Part shown: one piece after another, positions 55,446 to 64,000 of the stretch | Numbering within the stretch: the stretch's first letter is position 1 | Layout: each line of letters starts with the position of its first letter | From: Minisyncoccota bacterium | GTDB taxonomy: Bacteria; Patescibacteriota; Minisyncoccia; Phycocordibacterales; Phycocordibacteraceae | Direction: 5' to 3' | Length of the DNA: 64,000 nucleotides | Assembly (NCBI GenBank): GCA_035627595.1 | Contig: DASPLK010000001.1 | Span: 5,619 to 69,618 of the forward strand | Notes under the pieces: model-generated | Told to the model about the DNA's origin: nothing | Seen by the model: only the letters and a program-made list of their open reading frames with translations | Database searches by the model: none | Position numbers and translations under genes: made by a program

Positions 55446-56426
55446 ATGAAGGCCGACGCCCTCTTCTTCCTCGCGATATTCGTATTCATATTCGTCGCCT
55501 GGGTATCTACTGGTGGCCCGAAGCGCCCGATCTCTTTTGCAGGCCCTTTCATCACACCGGTCACTAATACTGGCCAGGAGCAAGAGGGGTACGGCAGCTG
55601 GCGCGCTGCGCTTGAAGGCGAAGATAATTGGTGGAATGGAGCATGGTCGGGGTTTGTGGATCACAATCCCCGTGAGTCGAGCATCGGGCAAGCACAAGAG
55701 GACCTCGCCGATGCGCAGCGCGCGCTCCAGGAGGCGCGCCTCTTTGGCCCGGCGTCTGTATATAAGGACATTGTGACGCTTTCGGCGAACACTGGCGCGC
55801 TTGCTGCGGATGATCCGGACGAGGAGTACCTCACCATTTCGGTCTCCGGACGCGCAGAGGGCCCGATCTCTATGAGTGGGTGGCGCCTCGTTTCTGTGCG
55901 CACGAAAGAATCCGCCACACTCCCCTCTGCGGTGTCCGTCTTTAGGTCCGGTAGCGTAAACCAGACCACGCCGCTTGCGCTTTCTCCAGGGGAGCGCGCG
56001 ATCGTCTCTACTGGTCGTTCTCCTGTCGGCGCCTCGTTTAGAGAAAACAGCTGTTCTGGATATCTCTCCGCGCGCCAGGATTTCGTACCAGAACTAGCTA
56101 AGAGCTGCCCTTCCCCTATGGACGACTTCGAGCGCTTCTATAGTGGCAGCGCGAGCGACTACCAGGCGTGTAAGACAGCAGTACAGAACGGCACCCGGTG
56201 CGAGCGGCCAAGCCAGGGAGGCGCCTCGAACGCCTGCGACAATTTCATACGCGAACACTATAGTTATAACGGCTGTGTTACTTACCATGCGTCTGACCGC
56301 AATTTCTTCGGGAGTACCTGGCGTCTGTATCTCGGTGAGAGCCGCGACGACCTCTGGCCGACCCGCAACGAGACCATCAAACTTCTCGATGCGGCCGGCA
56401 ATACAGTCGACATCGTGACGTACTAG
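55446..56426 (+). CDS. Membrane-anchored lamin-tail-domain (LTD)-like protein
   Basis: N-terminal TM helix. EEYLTISVSGRAEGPISMSGWRLVS and the C-terminal ETIKLLDAAGNTVDIVTY resemble the LTD beta-sandwich signature. Confidence 0.4.
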   Translation: MKADALFFLAIFVFIFVAWVSTGGPKRPISFAGPFITPVTNTGQEQEGYGSWRAALEGEDNWWNGAWSGFVDHNPRESSIGQAQEDLADAQRALQEARLFGPASVYKDIVTLSANTGALAADDPDEEYLTISVSGRAEGPISMSGWRLVSVRTKESATLPSAVSVFRSGSVNQTTPLALSPGERAIVSTGRSPVGASFRENSCSGYLSARQDFVPELAKSCPSPMDDFERFYSGSASDYQACKTAVQNGTRCERPSQGGASNACDNFIREHYSYNGCVTYHASDRNFFGSTWRLYLGESRDDLWPTRNETIKLLDAAGNTVDIVTY

Positions 56427-56453
56427 GAAAGCGATGGTACGGTATCTCGGTAT

Positions 56454-56526
56454 CCGCCTATAGCTCAGTTGGTAGAGCAGCTCCCTTTTAAGGAGACGGT
56501 CCCTGGTTCGAGTCCAGGTGGGCGGA
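56454..56526 (+). tRNA. tRNA-Lys (TTT)
   Basis: CCGCCTATAGCTCAGTTGGTAGAGCAGCTCCCTTTTAAGGAGACGGTCCCTGGTTCGAGTCCAGGTGGGCGGA. The anticodon loop is CTTTTAA. The first pair is C1-G72. Confidence 0.7.
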
Positions 56527-56537
56527 CAAGGTATAAC

Positions 56538-56570
56538 GCAAAAGCCGGAAGACATGCTTCCGGCTTTTGC
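56538..56570. terminator. Bidirectional terminator (gcaaaagccggaagacatgcttccggcttttgc)
   Basis: Perfect palindrome after tRNA-Lys and after the convergent 83-aa ORF. Confidence 0.55.
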
Positions 56571-56578
56571 TATTTCTC

Positions 56579-56830
56579 TTACGAAACTTGTTCGCTCGCG
56601 CGCAGATGCGCCGGCAGCCAGTCCATTACTCGCTTGCGGTGTATGTCGAGCGTCCACTCATTTCCCCCAACGAAGAGTTGTGGGTACTTCTTGCTGAACG
56701 TATTGAGAAGCGACGTCGAAGCACGCGGAAACTGCTCAGGGAGACCATCGTTGTACATGCGCAAGAACTCAGCTTGGCTAAGCTTTCGTTCGCTGCGCTC
56801 CCTATCGAGATCTGGACCGCGCATAAGCAT
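56579..56830 (-). CDS. Hypothetical 83-aa protein
   Basis: Its ATG overlaps the stop of an upstream 33-codon basic ORF (TAATG). No motif recognised. Confidence 0.35.
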   Translation of the reverse strand: MLMRGPDLDRERSERKLSQAEFLRMYNDGLPEQFPRASTSLLNTFSKKYPQLFVGGNEWTLDIHRKRVMDWLPAHLRASEQVS

Positions 56831-56931
56831 TAGCGGCCCAGGAGCGCAGCCTTTGCCGCAAGACGCTTTTTCGTCTTGTGTGGGCGCTTCCTGATTTTGA
56901 GTGGGCTTACGCCCTGCTTCTTCTTAACCAT
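56830..56931 (-). CDS. Candidate 33-aa highly basic small protein (MVKKKQGVSPLKIRKRPHKTKKRLAAKAALLGR), not in the ORF track
   Basis: ATG...TAA frame translationally coupled (TAATG) to the 83-aa ORF. Located downstream of the csp terminator hairpin. Confidence 0.25.
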   Translation of the reverse strand: MVKKKQGVSPLKIRKRPHKTKKRLAAKAALLGR

Positions 56932-56986
56932 GTCGTTTCGCTATGAATGTAATAAACGGTAAGAGCGCCAAGCGGCGCTCAATACC

Positions 56987-57187
56987 TTAGACCCTCTTTA
57001 CGTTGGTCGCGTTCGGTCCCTTCGGGCCCTCACCGACTTCAAACGTAACAGAGTCGCCCTGGCGGAGGTCATCGAATCGTACATCAACGAGCTCGTTGGA
57101 ATGGAAGAAGAGATCCTTCCCCATACCCTCGACCTTGATGAATCCGAAGCCCTTGTCCGTAAGGCCGGCAATGGTTCCTGTCTGCAT
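56987..57187 (-). CDS. Cold-shock protein (CspA family)
   Basis: GTIAGLTDKGFGFIKVEG...DLFFHSNEL and RNP motifs. 66 aa. Confidence 0.9.
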   Translation of the reverse strand: MQTGTIAGLTDKGFGFIKVEGMGKDLFFHSNELVDVRFDDLRQGDSVTFEVGEGPKGPNATNVKRV

Positions 57188-57333
57188 ACTGGTTGCTTTT
57201 CATACACCTGATAACTATCAAGTGCAGGAGGCTGAGAACGAGGAGTCGACGTCTACTTATTAACCAGCTCTGCGATTGATAGGATAACTATACCATACAT
57301 TATAGATAAAGGGTACTTTTCCCTTCATACAGC

Positions 57334-57984
57334 CTACTTAAGCGAAAGCGCCCAGCGTTCAAGCGATTCTCCTAACGGCAGCCCGCTCTTCCTTGAGTCC
57401 GAAAGAAGCTCGATCAGTTCGCGTGAAAGGACGCGCGCTTCCTGCGTTGACCACCCCCTTCCGCCCTTCTGCATCATGTCGCGGGCTTTCCAGTGAAGGA
57501 GTCCGTGCACCATCTCCGGGGCATCACCCATCCGGTACGACTTCTGTATCTCTTTCCAAAGCATCTTTCCGTCACGAGCGGCAAGCGCGTTCACCAAGGC
57601 ACTATTGAATCCTCGCTCCGCCTTCTTTGGCGCATCAAATGAAAATACTTTTGCTGCTGCTGCCTCAACCTTCTTTGTGCGTGCGGCAAGGAGCTTTGGT
57701 GCGAGTATCGCAATCGCGTTCTCACTCTCCTGAAGCTGAGGCAGCGCTTTAAGCACAAGCTCTGCGGTCTCCGCGCGCGCAAACGGATCATCGAGAAGTA
57801 CGAGTGATTTTAGAAAGAAGAGTCCTTGGGTACCTGCCGACTCATCAAGCGTAGCTGTAGTTATCTCGTCCGCGTTTAATCTGACGTATGCAACGTCTGG
57901 TGCCTTGGCGCGGGCTGCCGCTACCCACTGGAACGCTTTCTGGCGCGCCTTCTCTACATCTGTTCCGGTGAAAAGGTAGATCAT
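57334..57984 (-). CDS. holA: DNA polymerase III delta subunit-like (HolA, short form)
   Basis: MIYLFTGTDVEKARQKAF N-terminus and helical C-terminal domain resemble HolA. 216 aa. It overlaps polA by 4 nt. Confidence 0.45.
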   Translation of the reverse strand: MIYLFTGTDVEKARQKAFQWVAAARAKAPDVAYVRLNADEITTATLDESAGTQGLFFLKSLVLLDDPFARAETAELVLKALPQLQESENAIAILAPKLLAARTKKVEAAAAKVFSFDAPKKAERGFNSALVNALAARDGKMLWKEIQKSYRMGDAPEMVHGLLHWKARDMMQKGGRGWSTQEARVLSRELIELLSDSRKSGLPLGESLERWALSLK

Positions 57985-60338
57985 AGCGGCTCCATCGCTC
58001 CCCAGCTCTTCCCAGCTTTGGCTTCTGCAATTATCGGGACACCCTTCGTTTCTTCTGCAGTGAGCATTGATTCCATGATACGTTTTATTTCCGACACGAG
58101 CGAAGCAACTTTGGCATCTGGTATCTCGTACACAAGCTCGTCATGCACTTGGAGCATGAGACGAGCTTCCCCATCCACCGTCTTGTCGATCTCCACCATC
58201 GCGAGCTTAATAACATCCGCCTGTGTTCCTTGGATAGGCGCATTGATTGCCATGCGCTCAGCCTGCGCTCTAACGTATGGCAGAGGCGACCTCATCTCTG
58301 GGAACTGACGCCGCCTCCCGAATAGGGTCTCGGTATACCCATTCTTCCTCGCGAATCCCTTCGTCTCCTCCAAATGCTCGGAAAGCGTCTTAAACGTTTC
58401 AAAATAATCTTCATAGAAGCGGTGTGCTTCAGCGGTTGTGGTGCCGAGCTGCGTACGGAGCGCATTCACACCCATACCGTAAAGGATGCCGAAGTTGATG
58501 ATCTTCGCCCTTCGGCGCATCTCCCTGTCGACCTTATCGCTTGAAACACCAAAGACGGCCGCAGCTACTTCTTGATGCACATCGCGGCCTGATTTAAAGA
58601 TATCGATAAGCTTTTCATCGCCTGAAAGTATCGCCGCGATCCTGAGCTCAATTTGAGAGTAATCAAGTGCGACTAGCGTCGTGCCCTTAGGTGCGATGAA
58701 TGCATTTCTAATTAGCCTTCCCCGTTCGGTACGGATCGGAATGTTCTGAAGGTTCGGGTTAAGGCTCGCCATACGACCGGTCGTGGTGCCGGTCTGGATG
58801 AACTGGGTATGCAGGCGCCCGTCCTCGCCGAGCATTGGCGGAATACTCTCGACGTAGGTCGAGAGTAGCTTCTGTATCTGCCGATACTCGAGGATGTCAT
58901 CCACGATCGGGTGAAGTTCTCGTATCTTCTCAAGTTCCGATTCTTTAGTTGAACGCTGTCCGGTCGAGGTTTTCTTCTGACCTTTGGGTTTTAACTGCAT
59001 CTCATCAAAGAGGACATCACCCAACTGCTTTGGAGAGCTTATATTGAACTCGTGCCCTGCAGCTTCGTATATGCGCTTCTCGATTGCGGTAAGCTCCGCG
59101 CGATACCGTGCGCGCAATTCCTCAAGCATGAGTGTATCTATGAGGACGCCGCACTTCTCAGCCTTACGGAGCACGGGGATGAGCGGCTTCTCGATACGGT
59201 CGTAAACATTCTGTACGCTCGGTATCTCGGCGAGTTTTTGTTCTAGTTCAGCATACGCTTCAGCGAATGTGTGCTTCTTTGTAAACGCGAGCACGTCCTC
59301 AAGGGAGGGGTTGGTGAAATCCGATACGAGAAGCCAGAGCATCGTCTTCGCTTCCTCAAGGCGATCAGGGTCTACCTCTTCTTTTGGTCCCTCTTCTTCC
59401 TCCGGCTCCTCCCCTTCAATTGCGAACAGAACACTCTTCACACGCCCACGAAGCGACCGGAATCCAAGCTCATCAAATAGCGCAAGAATCTTCGGCAAGG
59501 ATATGTTGTCGTTGCGCTCGGTGTCTTTGAGCGAGAATGCGATTGGCGCATCTGTACGTATGGTCGCGAGCATCTTCGAGAACTGCGCATCCTCCTCATG
59601 CTCCTTGAGGAGATTCATGATGCGCGGTTTAACACCCTTTTTTTGAAACGCTTCCTCGTCCTTGTGGAGCGCTTTATATATATCTTCGATTGCACCGAAT
59701 GTTGTGATGAGCTCGGTTGCAGTCTTCTCTCCTATGCCCGGCACGCCGATGATGTTGTCGGAGGGGTCGCCGCGTAGCCCTTTGTAATCAGGAATGAGCA
59801 CAGGGTCGAAATTAAAACGCTCGCGAACGGCCTTCTCGTCATACATGATCGTGTCGTTGATTCCCTTCTTAAGGGTGTACACCTTTACGCGTTCTCCATC
59901 GACCAACTGGAGCGTGTCCATATCACCGGAGGCGATAACAACCTCGATATCTTTTTCTCCTGCCAGCTCATAGGCGATGGTGCCGAGGATATCGTCGGCC
60001 TCGAACCCTTCACGCTCATATATAGGTATGCAAAAAGCCTGGAATACTTTCCTCGATGTCGTTATCTGTGCAGATAGCGCGTCGTCCGACTTCTGGCGCG
60101 TTGCTTTGTATCCCTCGTACGCTTCGTGGCGCACGGTTGGTTTTGGAAGATCGTAGCAGGCAGCAATGTAGTCAGGCGATAGCTCCTGCATGATCTTGAG
60201 AATCATCGCGGAGAGCCCGTACAGCGCGCCCGTTGGCTGACCATCGGGACCTTGGAAGTCCGGTAGTGCGTGATACGCACGGTGAATGATCGCATGCGCA
60301 TCAAGCAGAACGAGTCGCTTTTTCTTTGCTTTAGCCAT
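57981..60338 (-). CDS. polA: DNA polymerase I (5'-3' exonuclease plus polymerase domains; the short middle region suggests no functional 3'-5' exonuclease domain)
   Basis: N-terminal FEN/5'-nuclease blocks (LLDAHAIIHRAYHAL, GIPGIGEKTA). C-terminal family-A motifs: motif A DYSQIELRIAA, motif B RRRAKIINFGILYGM and motif C LQVHDELVYE. Confidence 0.9.
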   Translation of the reverse strand: MAKAKKKRLVLLDAHAIIHRAYHALPDFQGPDGQPTGALYGLSAMILKIMQELSPDYIAACYDLPKPTVRHEAYEGYKATRQKSDDALSAQITTSRKVFQAFCIPIYEREGFEADDILGTIAYELAGEKDIEVVIASGDMDTLQLVDGERVKVYTLKKGINDTIMYDEKAVRERFNFDPVLIPDYKGLRGDPSDNIIGVPGIGEKTATELITTFGAIEDIYKALHKDEEAFQKKGVKPRIMNLLKEHEEDAQFSKMLATIRTDAPIAFSLKDTERNDNISLPKILALFDELGFRSLRGRVKSVLFAIEGEEPEEEEGPKEEVDPDRLEEAKTMLWLLVSDFTNPSLEDVLAFTKKHTFAEAYAELEQKLAEIPSVQNVYDRIEKPLIPVLRKAEKCGVLIDTLMLEELRARYRAELTAIEKRIYEAAGHEFNISSPKQLGDVLFDEMQLKPKGQKKTSTGQRSTKESELEKIRELHPIVDDILEYRQIQKLLSTYVESIPPMLGEDGRLHTQFIQTGTTTGRMASLNPNLQNIPIRTERGRLIRNAFIAPKGTTLVALDYSQIELRIAAILSGDEKLIDIFKSGRDVHQEVAAAVFGVSSDKVDREMRRRAKIINFGILYGMGVNALRTQLGTTTAEAHRFYEDYFETFKTLSEHLEETKGFARKNGYTETLFGRRRQFPEMRSPLPYVRAQAERMAINAPIQGTQADVIKLAMVEIDKTVDGEARLMLQVHDELVYEIPDAKVASLVSEIKRIMESMLTAEETKGVPIIAEAKAGKSWGAMEPL

Positions 60339-60768
60339 AGATAAGTTTTCGTGAGTTTTCGGAAAGGACTTCGAGCCGCAGTTTATAATCCGCTTCTGGA
60401 AGCCCGTCAGCTACCTGCTCTGGCCACTCTAAAAGGACGAGGTTGTCCTTGTCGTGAAGCACTTCATCAAATCCTAGTGGCGCGAGCTCCTTTCCGCCTT
60501 GAAGGCGGTACGCGTCGATATGTACAAGCCGCTTAAAGGAAGCCTCCTTGGGTAGCTGATAAACCTTCATGAGAACGAATGTCGGGCTCGTCACCGCTCC
60601 ATCGACCCCGAGCGCTTTCGCCACATTCTGAGTGAAAGTGGTCTTACCAGCCCCAAGCTCCCCAGAAAGCGTCACGAGCGTAGCGCCTGCATCTTTAGGG
60701 GCAAGGACTTGGGTAAACCCGGCGGCGGCGGCTTCGACCTCAGTAAGGGAGTGGAGTTCTTTTTCCAT
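60331..60768 (-). CDS. tsaE: tRNA t6A37 biosynthesis ATPase TsaE (YjeE)
   Basis: P-loop LSGELGAGKTTFTQ and TSPTF.L...Y motif. Confidence 0.85.
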   Translation of the reverse strand: MEKELHSLTEVEAAAAGFTQVLAPKDAGATLVTLSGELGAGKTTFTQNVAKALGVDGAVTSPTFVLMKVYQLPKEASFKRLVHIDAYRLQGGKELAPLGFDEVLHDKDNLVLLEWPEQVADGLPEADYKLRLEVLSENSRKLIYG

Positions 60769-60834
60769 GCTCCTATTGTACCAATTCGCGCTTCCTGCGT
60801 AGCCCTAGCATCTGGAGCGCGTTATCATGGCGAT

Positions 60835-62505
60835 ATGCCCGTACATTTCGATACTGAAGCGGAAGATGAGAAGCTGGCGGCTGTGCATGCCGCTGAGGAG
60901 GAGGACCTTGCGCGCGTCATCTCCGAGAAGTACCGCCTTCCCTACATCGACATATCCCTCTACCCTGTGAACATGGACGCGCTCAGGCTCCTTCCTGAGG
61001 AGGACGCGCGTAAGGCGGAAGCGCTCATATTTGATAAGAACGGCAAGCATGTCCTTATTGCGCTTCGTTCTCCAGAAAATGAGCACTTAAACCGAATCCT
61101 CCATGATTTAGAAGTGCGCGGATATATTATCGAGCGCCACATGGCGAGCGCAAGCGGTCTTGCAAAAGTATTCGAGCGTTACAAAGATCTCTCTCTCGCG
61201 GCTGAAAGCAAACGAGGTGTGTTTGATATCGCAGGCGAAGAACTCACGGAACTCACCAAAAGACTCGACTCCCTACCCGCACTCCGCATGTTCCTCACGG
61301 ATGCGGTTAATCCTGCAAAGCGCGCACAGACCTCGAGACTTCTTGAAGGCGTTATCGCCGCAGCACTCGCCATGAAGGCCTCCGACATACACGTTGAGCC
61401 GGAAGCGGAGACTATCCGCCTACGTTTCCGCCTCGATGGTATGCTGACCGACATCTTCTATTTCGATGCGCACGCATACAAACTCCTCAATTCCCGCCTG
61501 AAGCTTCTGTCTGGGGTGAAGCTGAACGTCGCAAACCGGGCACAGGACGGCCGCTTCTCTATTGTTGTGAATGACAAGGAGATCGAAGTGCGTACATCGC
61601 TCATCCCCGGCAACTACGGCGAGAGTATTGTAATGCGCCTTCTCGATCCCTCAGGCATTGAACGGAGCTTCAAGGACATGGGTATAAATGAAAAGCTCTA
61701 CAACCGGCTCGCGATTGAGATCAGACGTCCCAACGGCATGTTGCTGACGACTGGTCCGACCGGCTCAGGAAAGACGACTTCTCTATATGCGTTCCTTAAA
61801 GATATTCATACGCCGGATGTAAAGATAATCACCATTGAGGATCCGATCGAGTACCACCTCCCGGGAATAGTGCAGACGCAGGCAGATGGCCGCGACTACA
61901 CATTCGCCTCAGGTCTCCGCTCTATCCTCCGCCAGGACCCAGACGTCATCATGGTTGGTGAAATCCGTGATATGGAAGTCGCCGAAACCGCCATCCAAGC
62001 GGCACTTACCGGACACTTCGTGTTCTCTACCCTGCACACCAATAACGCAGCCGGCGCGTTTCCGCGCCTCATGGACCTTGGTGTTGATCCAAAAACTATC
62101 CCGTCTGCAGTTACGGTCGCATTAGGACAAAGACTTGTGCGCACACTGAATCAGAAAACGAAGGTGAGGCGCGCTACGACGGATGAGGAACGGCGTACCA
62201 TGGAGCGCATCTTCTCAACCCTTACTGACTCCTCTCTCATGCCCGCGTCTTTCGATGAGGTATGGGACGCAGCGCCGGGCGAGGATGATACTGGATACAA
62301 GGGACGCACGGGCGTACACGAAGCAATATTCATGGATCAGCAGCTCGCCGATCTCCTACGGATGGGCCCGTCTGCAGCGGAGATTGAAAAAGAGACACGA
62401 CGCCAAGGCTACCTCACCATGGCCCAAGACGGCATCATCAAGGCGCTAAGAGGTGAAACCTCGCTAGACGAAGTTTTCAAGGTTGTTGATGTGCCGCGAG
62501 AATAA
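60835..62505 (+). CDS. pilB: Type IV pilus assembly ATPase PilB (GspE family); the ORF track starts at 60709
   Basis: N-terminal GspE_N domain. Walker A TGPTGSGKTTSLYA, Asp box, Walker B IIMVGEIRD and the His box LTGHFVFSTLHTNNA. TATCAT lies 6 nt upstream of the ATG. Confidence 0.85.
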   Translation: MPVHFDTEAEDEKLAAVHAAEEEDLARVISEKYRLPYIDISLYPVNMDALRLLPEEDARKAEALIFDKNGKHVLIALRSPENEHLNRILHDLEVRGYIIERHMASASGLAKVFERYKDLSLAAESKRGVFDIAGEELTELTKRLDSLPALRMFLTDAVNPAKRAQTSRLLEGVIAAALAMKASDIHVEPEAETIRLRFRLDGMLTDIFYFDAHAYKLLNSRLKLLSGVKLNVANRAQDGRFSIVVNDKEIEVRTSLIPGNYGESIVMRLLDPSGIERSFKDMGINEKLYNRLAIEIRRPNGMLLTTGPTGSGKTTSLYAFLKDIHTPDVKIITIEDPIEYHLPGIVQTQADGRDYTFASGLRSILRQDPDVIMVGEIRDMEVAETAIQAALTGHFVFSTLHTNNAAGAFPRLMDLGVDPKTIPSAVTVALGQRLVRTLNQKTKVRRATTDEERRTMERIFSTLTDSSLMPASFDEVWDAAPGEDDTGYKGRTGVHEAIFMDQQLADLLRMGPSAAEIEKETRRQGYLTMAQDGIIKALRGETSLDEVFKVVDVPRE

Positions 62506-62537
62506 GCAAAAGCCCCGGAATAATCCGGGGCTTTTGC
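62506..62537 (+). terminator. Rho-independent terminator (gcaaaagccccggaataatccggggcttttgc) after pilB
   Basis: Perfect hairpin followed by a T-rich stretch. Confidence 0.6.
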
Positions 62538-62750
62538 TTCCATCCTGCACACAACCCTCCAGGCAGTCCGTCCAAAAGAGGACGGGTGAACAAATCGCCT
62601 GAGGAGTATCCCAGTGCTCCACGTACAAGCGTGGTACCAGAAGGTCCTTGGGGAAGTGCCCGAAGCCGTCAAGCCTTGCCTAGAGGGTTCTATGTAGGAT
62701 GTAAATGAAAAAGGGCCTCTCAGAAGGTCCCCACGAGGCCGTCCCTCATG

Positions 62751-62759
62751 TGCTAGAAT
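62751..62759 (+). promoter_or_regulatory. Extended -10 TGcTAGAAT 20 nt upstream of the ruvB ATG
   Basis: Identical nonamer to the ftsK upstream element. Confidence 0.3.
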
Positions 62760-62779
62760 AGTAGCACCACCCCCATTTT

Positions 62780-63760
62780 ATGTCAAGTACTTCTGAGGTT
62801 GTCAAAGACAAGGACCGTCAGCTTGATGCGACGCTACGGCCGCATACCTGGGAGGATTACGTGGGCCAAGGGCACGTAAAAGCGAACGTTCAGATTGTCC
62901 TCCAGGCCGCTAAAAAGCGTGGAGACATGCCGGAGCATCTCCTCTTCTACGGTCCTCCGGGCGTCGGTAAGACGACCTTGGCGCACCTCGTAGCTGCATC
63001 CTTGGATGCACCCCTTAAGACCACTTCCGGAGTCGCGATTGAACGTGCAGGAGACCTCGCGGCCATCCTCACAAACCTTGAGCCGGGGTCGGTGCTCTTC
63101 ATCGACGAGATACACCAGCTCTCTTCGAAGATCGAGGAGCTCCTCTACCCCGCCCTTGAGAACGGCACGCTCGATATTGTGCTCGGAAAGGGTCCGTCAG
63201 CACGCACAGTGGAGCTTGCGCTTCCTCCTTTTACGCTCGTTGGCGCAACGACGCGCGTATCTCAACTATCCGCACCGCTTCGCTCTCGTTTCGGCGGCGG
63301 CGTATACCAGCTCGATTTCTATTCGGACGGTGACCTTCGCGCGATCATCGCGCGCTCAGCCGATGTGCTTGGACTTGATGCGCCGGGCGATGTTGTAGAG
63401 CGTATCGCGGCAAGAAGCCGTGCGACACCGCGCGTCGCGAACGCGCTTTTGAAGCGCGTTCGCGACTTCTCGGAAGTGCATGAGCGTCCGCTCTCCCCTG
63501 CTGTGTGTGATGAGGCATGCAAACTGTTTGGCATCGACACACTCGGTCTCACAAAAGACGACCGCCGATATCTCGAAACGCTTCGTGACGGGTTTAAAGG
63601 TGGGCCAGCAGGTATCCGCGCAATCGCGTCAGCACTCCATGAAGACCCGGATACGGTAGAAAATATATACGAACCATATCTGTTGCGACTCGGATTTATT
63701 GAGCGGACGAGCCGAGGTCGTGTGCTGACGCAGAAAGGAAGGGAGTATCTTCTAAATTAG
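62780..63760 (+). CDS. ruvB: Holliday junction ATP-dependent DNA helicase RuvB
   Basis: LLFYGPPGVGKTTLA Walker A, LFIDEIHQL Walker B, sensor motifs and a C-terminal winged helix. Confidence 0.95.
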   Translation: MSSTSEVVKDKDRQLDATLRPHTWEDYVGQGHVKANVQIVLQAAKKRGDMPEHLLFYGPPGVGKTTLAHLVAASLDAPLKTTSGVAIERAGDLAAILTNLEPGSVLFIDEIHQLSSKIEELLYPALENGTLDIVLGKGPSARTVELALPPFTLVGATTRVSQLSAPLRSRFGGGVYQLDFYSDGDLRAIIARSADVLGLDAPGDVVERIAARSRATPRVANALLKRVRDFSEVHERPLSPAVCDEACKLFGIDTLGLTKDDRRYLETLRDGFKGGPAGIRAIASALHEDPDTVENIYEPYLLRLGFIERTSRGRVLTQKGREYLLN

Positions 63761-63761
63761 T

Positions 63762-64000
63762 ATGGCGCCCGGCATCCTCGTCTTCAGGTGGATATCGATG
63801 CCTAACCCTGAACCAGCGCATGCGAAACTGCTCGCGTTTGGAGAGGGTAAAGATATCGGTACGGTGTACCTCGGTAACGCGACATACCATGCGCACCTGG
63901 CACAAGAGATACGAGATGAAGTCGGTAGCGCCCCTCTCTTTGCGGCAGCTGACGTGGATGAGTATGGAATGGTAACTTCCTGGAAGTCCTCAGGGTTCTC
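63762..64000 (+). CDS. 5' part of an unidentified protein (the gene runs off the window edge); its ATG overlaps the ruvB stop
   Basis: Open frame from ATG 63762 (a second in-frame ATG at 63798) to the window end: MAPGILVFRWISMPNPEPAHAKLLAFGEGKDIGTVYLGN... No motif recognised. Confidence 0.3.
   Translation, partial: MAPGILVFRWISMPNPEPAHAKLLAFGEGKDIGTVYLGNATYHAHLAQEIRDEVGSAPLFAAADVDEYGMVTSWKSSGF

Noticed and set aside
56094-56657. 187-aa minus-strand ORF
   Set aside because: It spans tRNA-Lys and is antisense to the LTD-protein gene's 3' end. The composition is non-protein-like.
1-64000. CRISPR arrays, rRNA genes, transposases or integrases
   Set aside because: I saw no direct-repeat/spacer periodicity, no rRNA-like conserved stretches, and no ORF with DDE, tyrosine-recombinase or serine-recombinase motifs anywhere in the window.

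Overview
This 64-kb window is a gene-dense stretch of a small bacterial chromosome, roughly 55-60% GC by eye. Almost every ORF-track gene of real length is identifiable, and they are mostly housekeeping genes. These include ftsK and recA. There are also ECF sigma and anti-sigma genes, efp, and the rpsF-ssb-rpsR operon. Further genes are tatD, metG, glyQS, recO, ileS, argS and glyA. A compact dUMP/dTMP/folate module follows, with dut, tmk, a dCMP deaminase gene, thyA, dcd, a 5-formyl-THF cyclo-ligase gene and folA. The rplK-nusG-secE block, a zur/ZIP zinc pair and mscL are present as well. Other recognised genes are a PduO-type corrinoid adenosyltransferase gene, rplS, uppS, acyP and pilMNO plus a distant pilB. 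The window also holds ruvX, rpsT, ruvABC-type ruvA and ruvB, a Mur ligase gene, csp, holA-like, polA and tsaE. Nine tRNAs are scattered singly or in small groups (His, Leu-GAG, Val, Leu-CAG, Arg-TCT, Ser, two paralogous Arg, Lys). I saw no rRNA, CRISPR array or transposase. Several features point to a reduced, CPR/Patescibacteria-like lineage, though this is an inference. They are short versions of RecO, HolA and MetRS, a stand-alone tRNA-binding domain, lamin-tail and hyper-acidic surface proteins, type IV pilus genes, and many probable leaderless genes with a TAGAAT-type -10. Four loci stand out. (1) The isoleucyl-tRNA synthetase carries an in-frame ~200-aa histidine-phosphatase (PGAM-like) domain inserted into its catalytic core. 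(2) A candidate corrinoid-capture locus sits between two paralogous tRNA-Arg genes. It consists of a 2xDUF4430 + alpha/alpha-toroid (transcobalamin-like) surface protein, a single-DUF4430 protein and a divergent ECF S-component-like membrane protein. (3) A CofE-family gamma-glutamyl ligase homolog is embedded in the folate/dTMP cluster. (4) A GC-rich, highly structured ~200-nt non-coding element lies next to the S6-SSB-S18 operon. All functional calls are from motif recognition by eye, with no database searches run.
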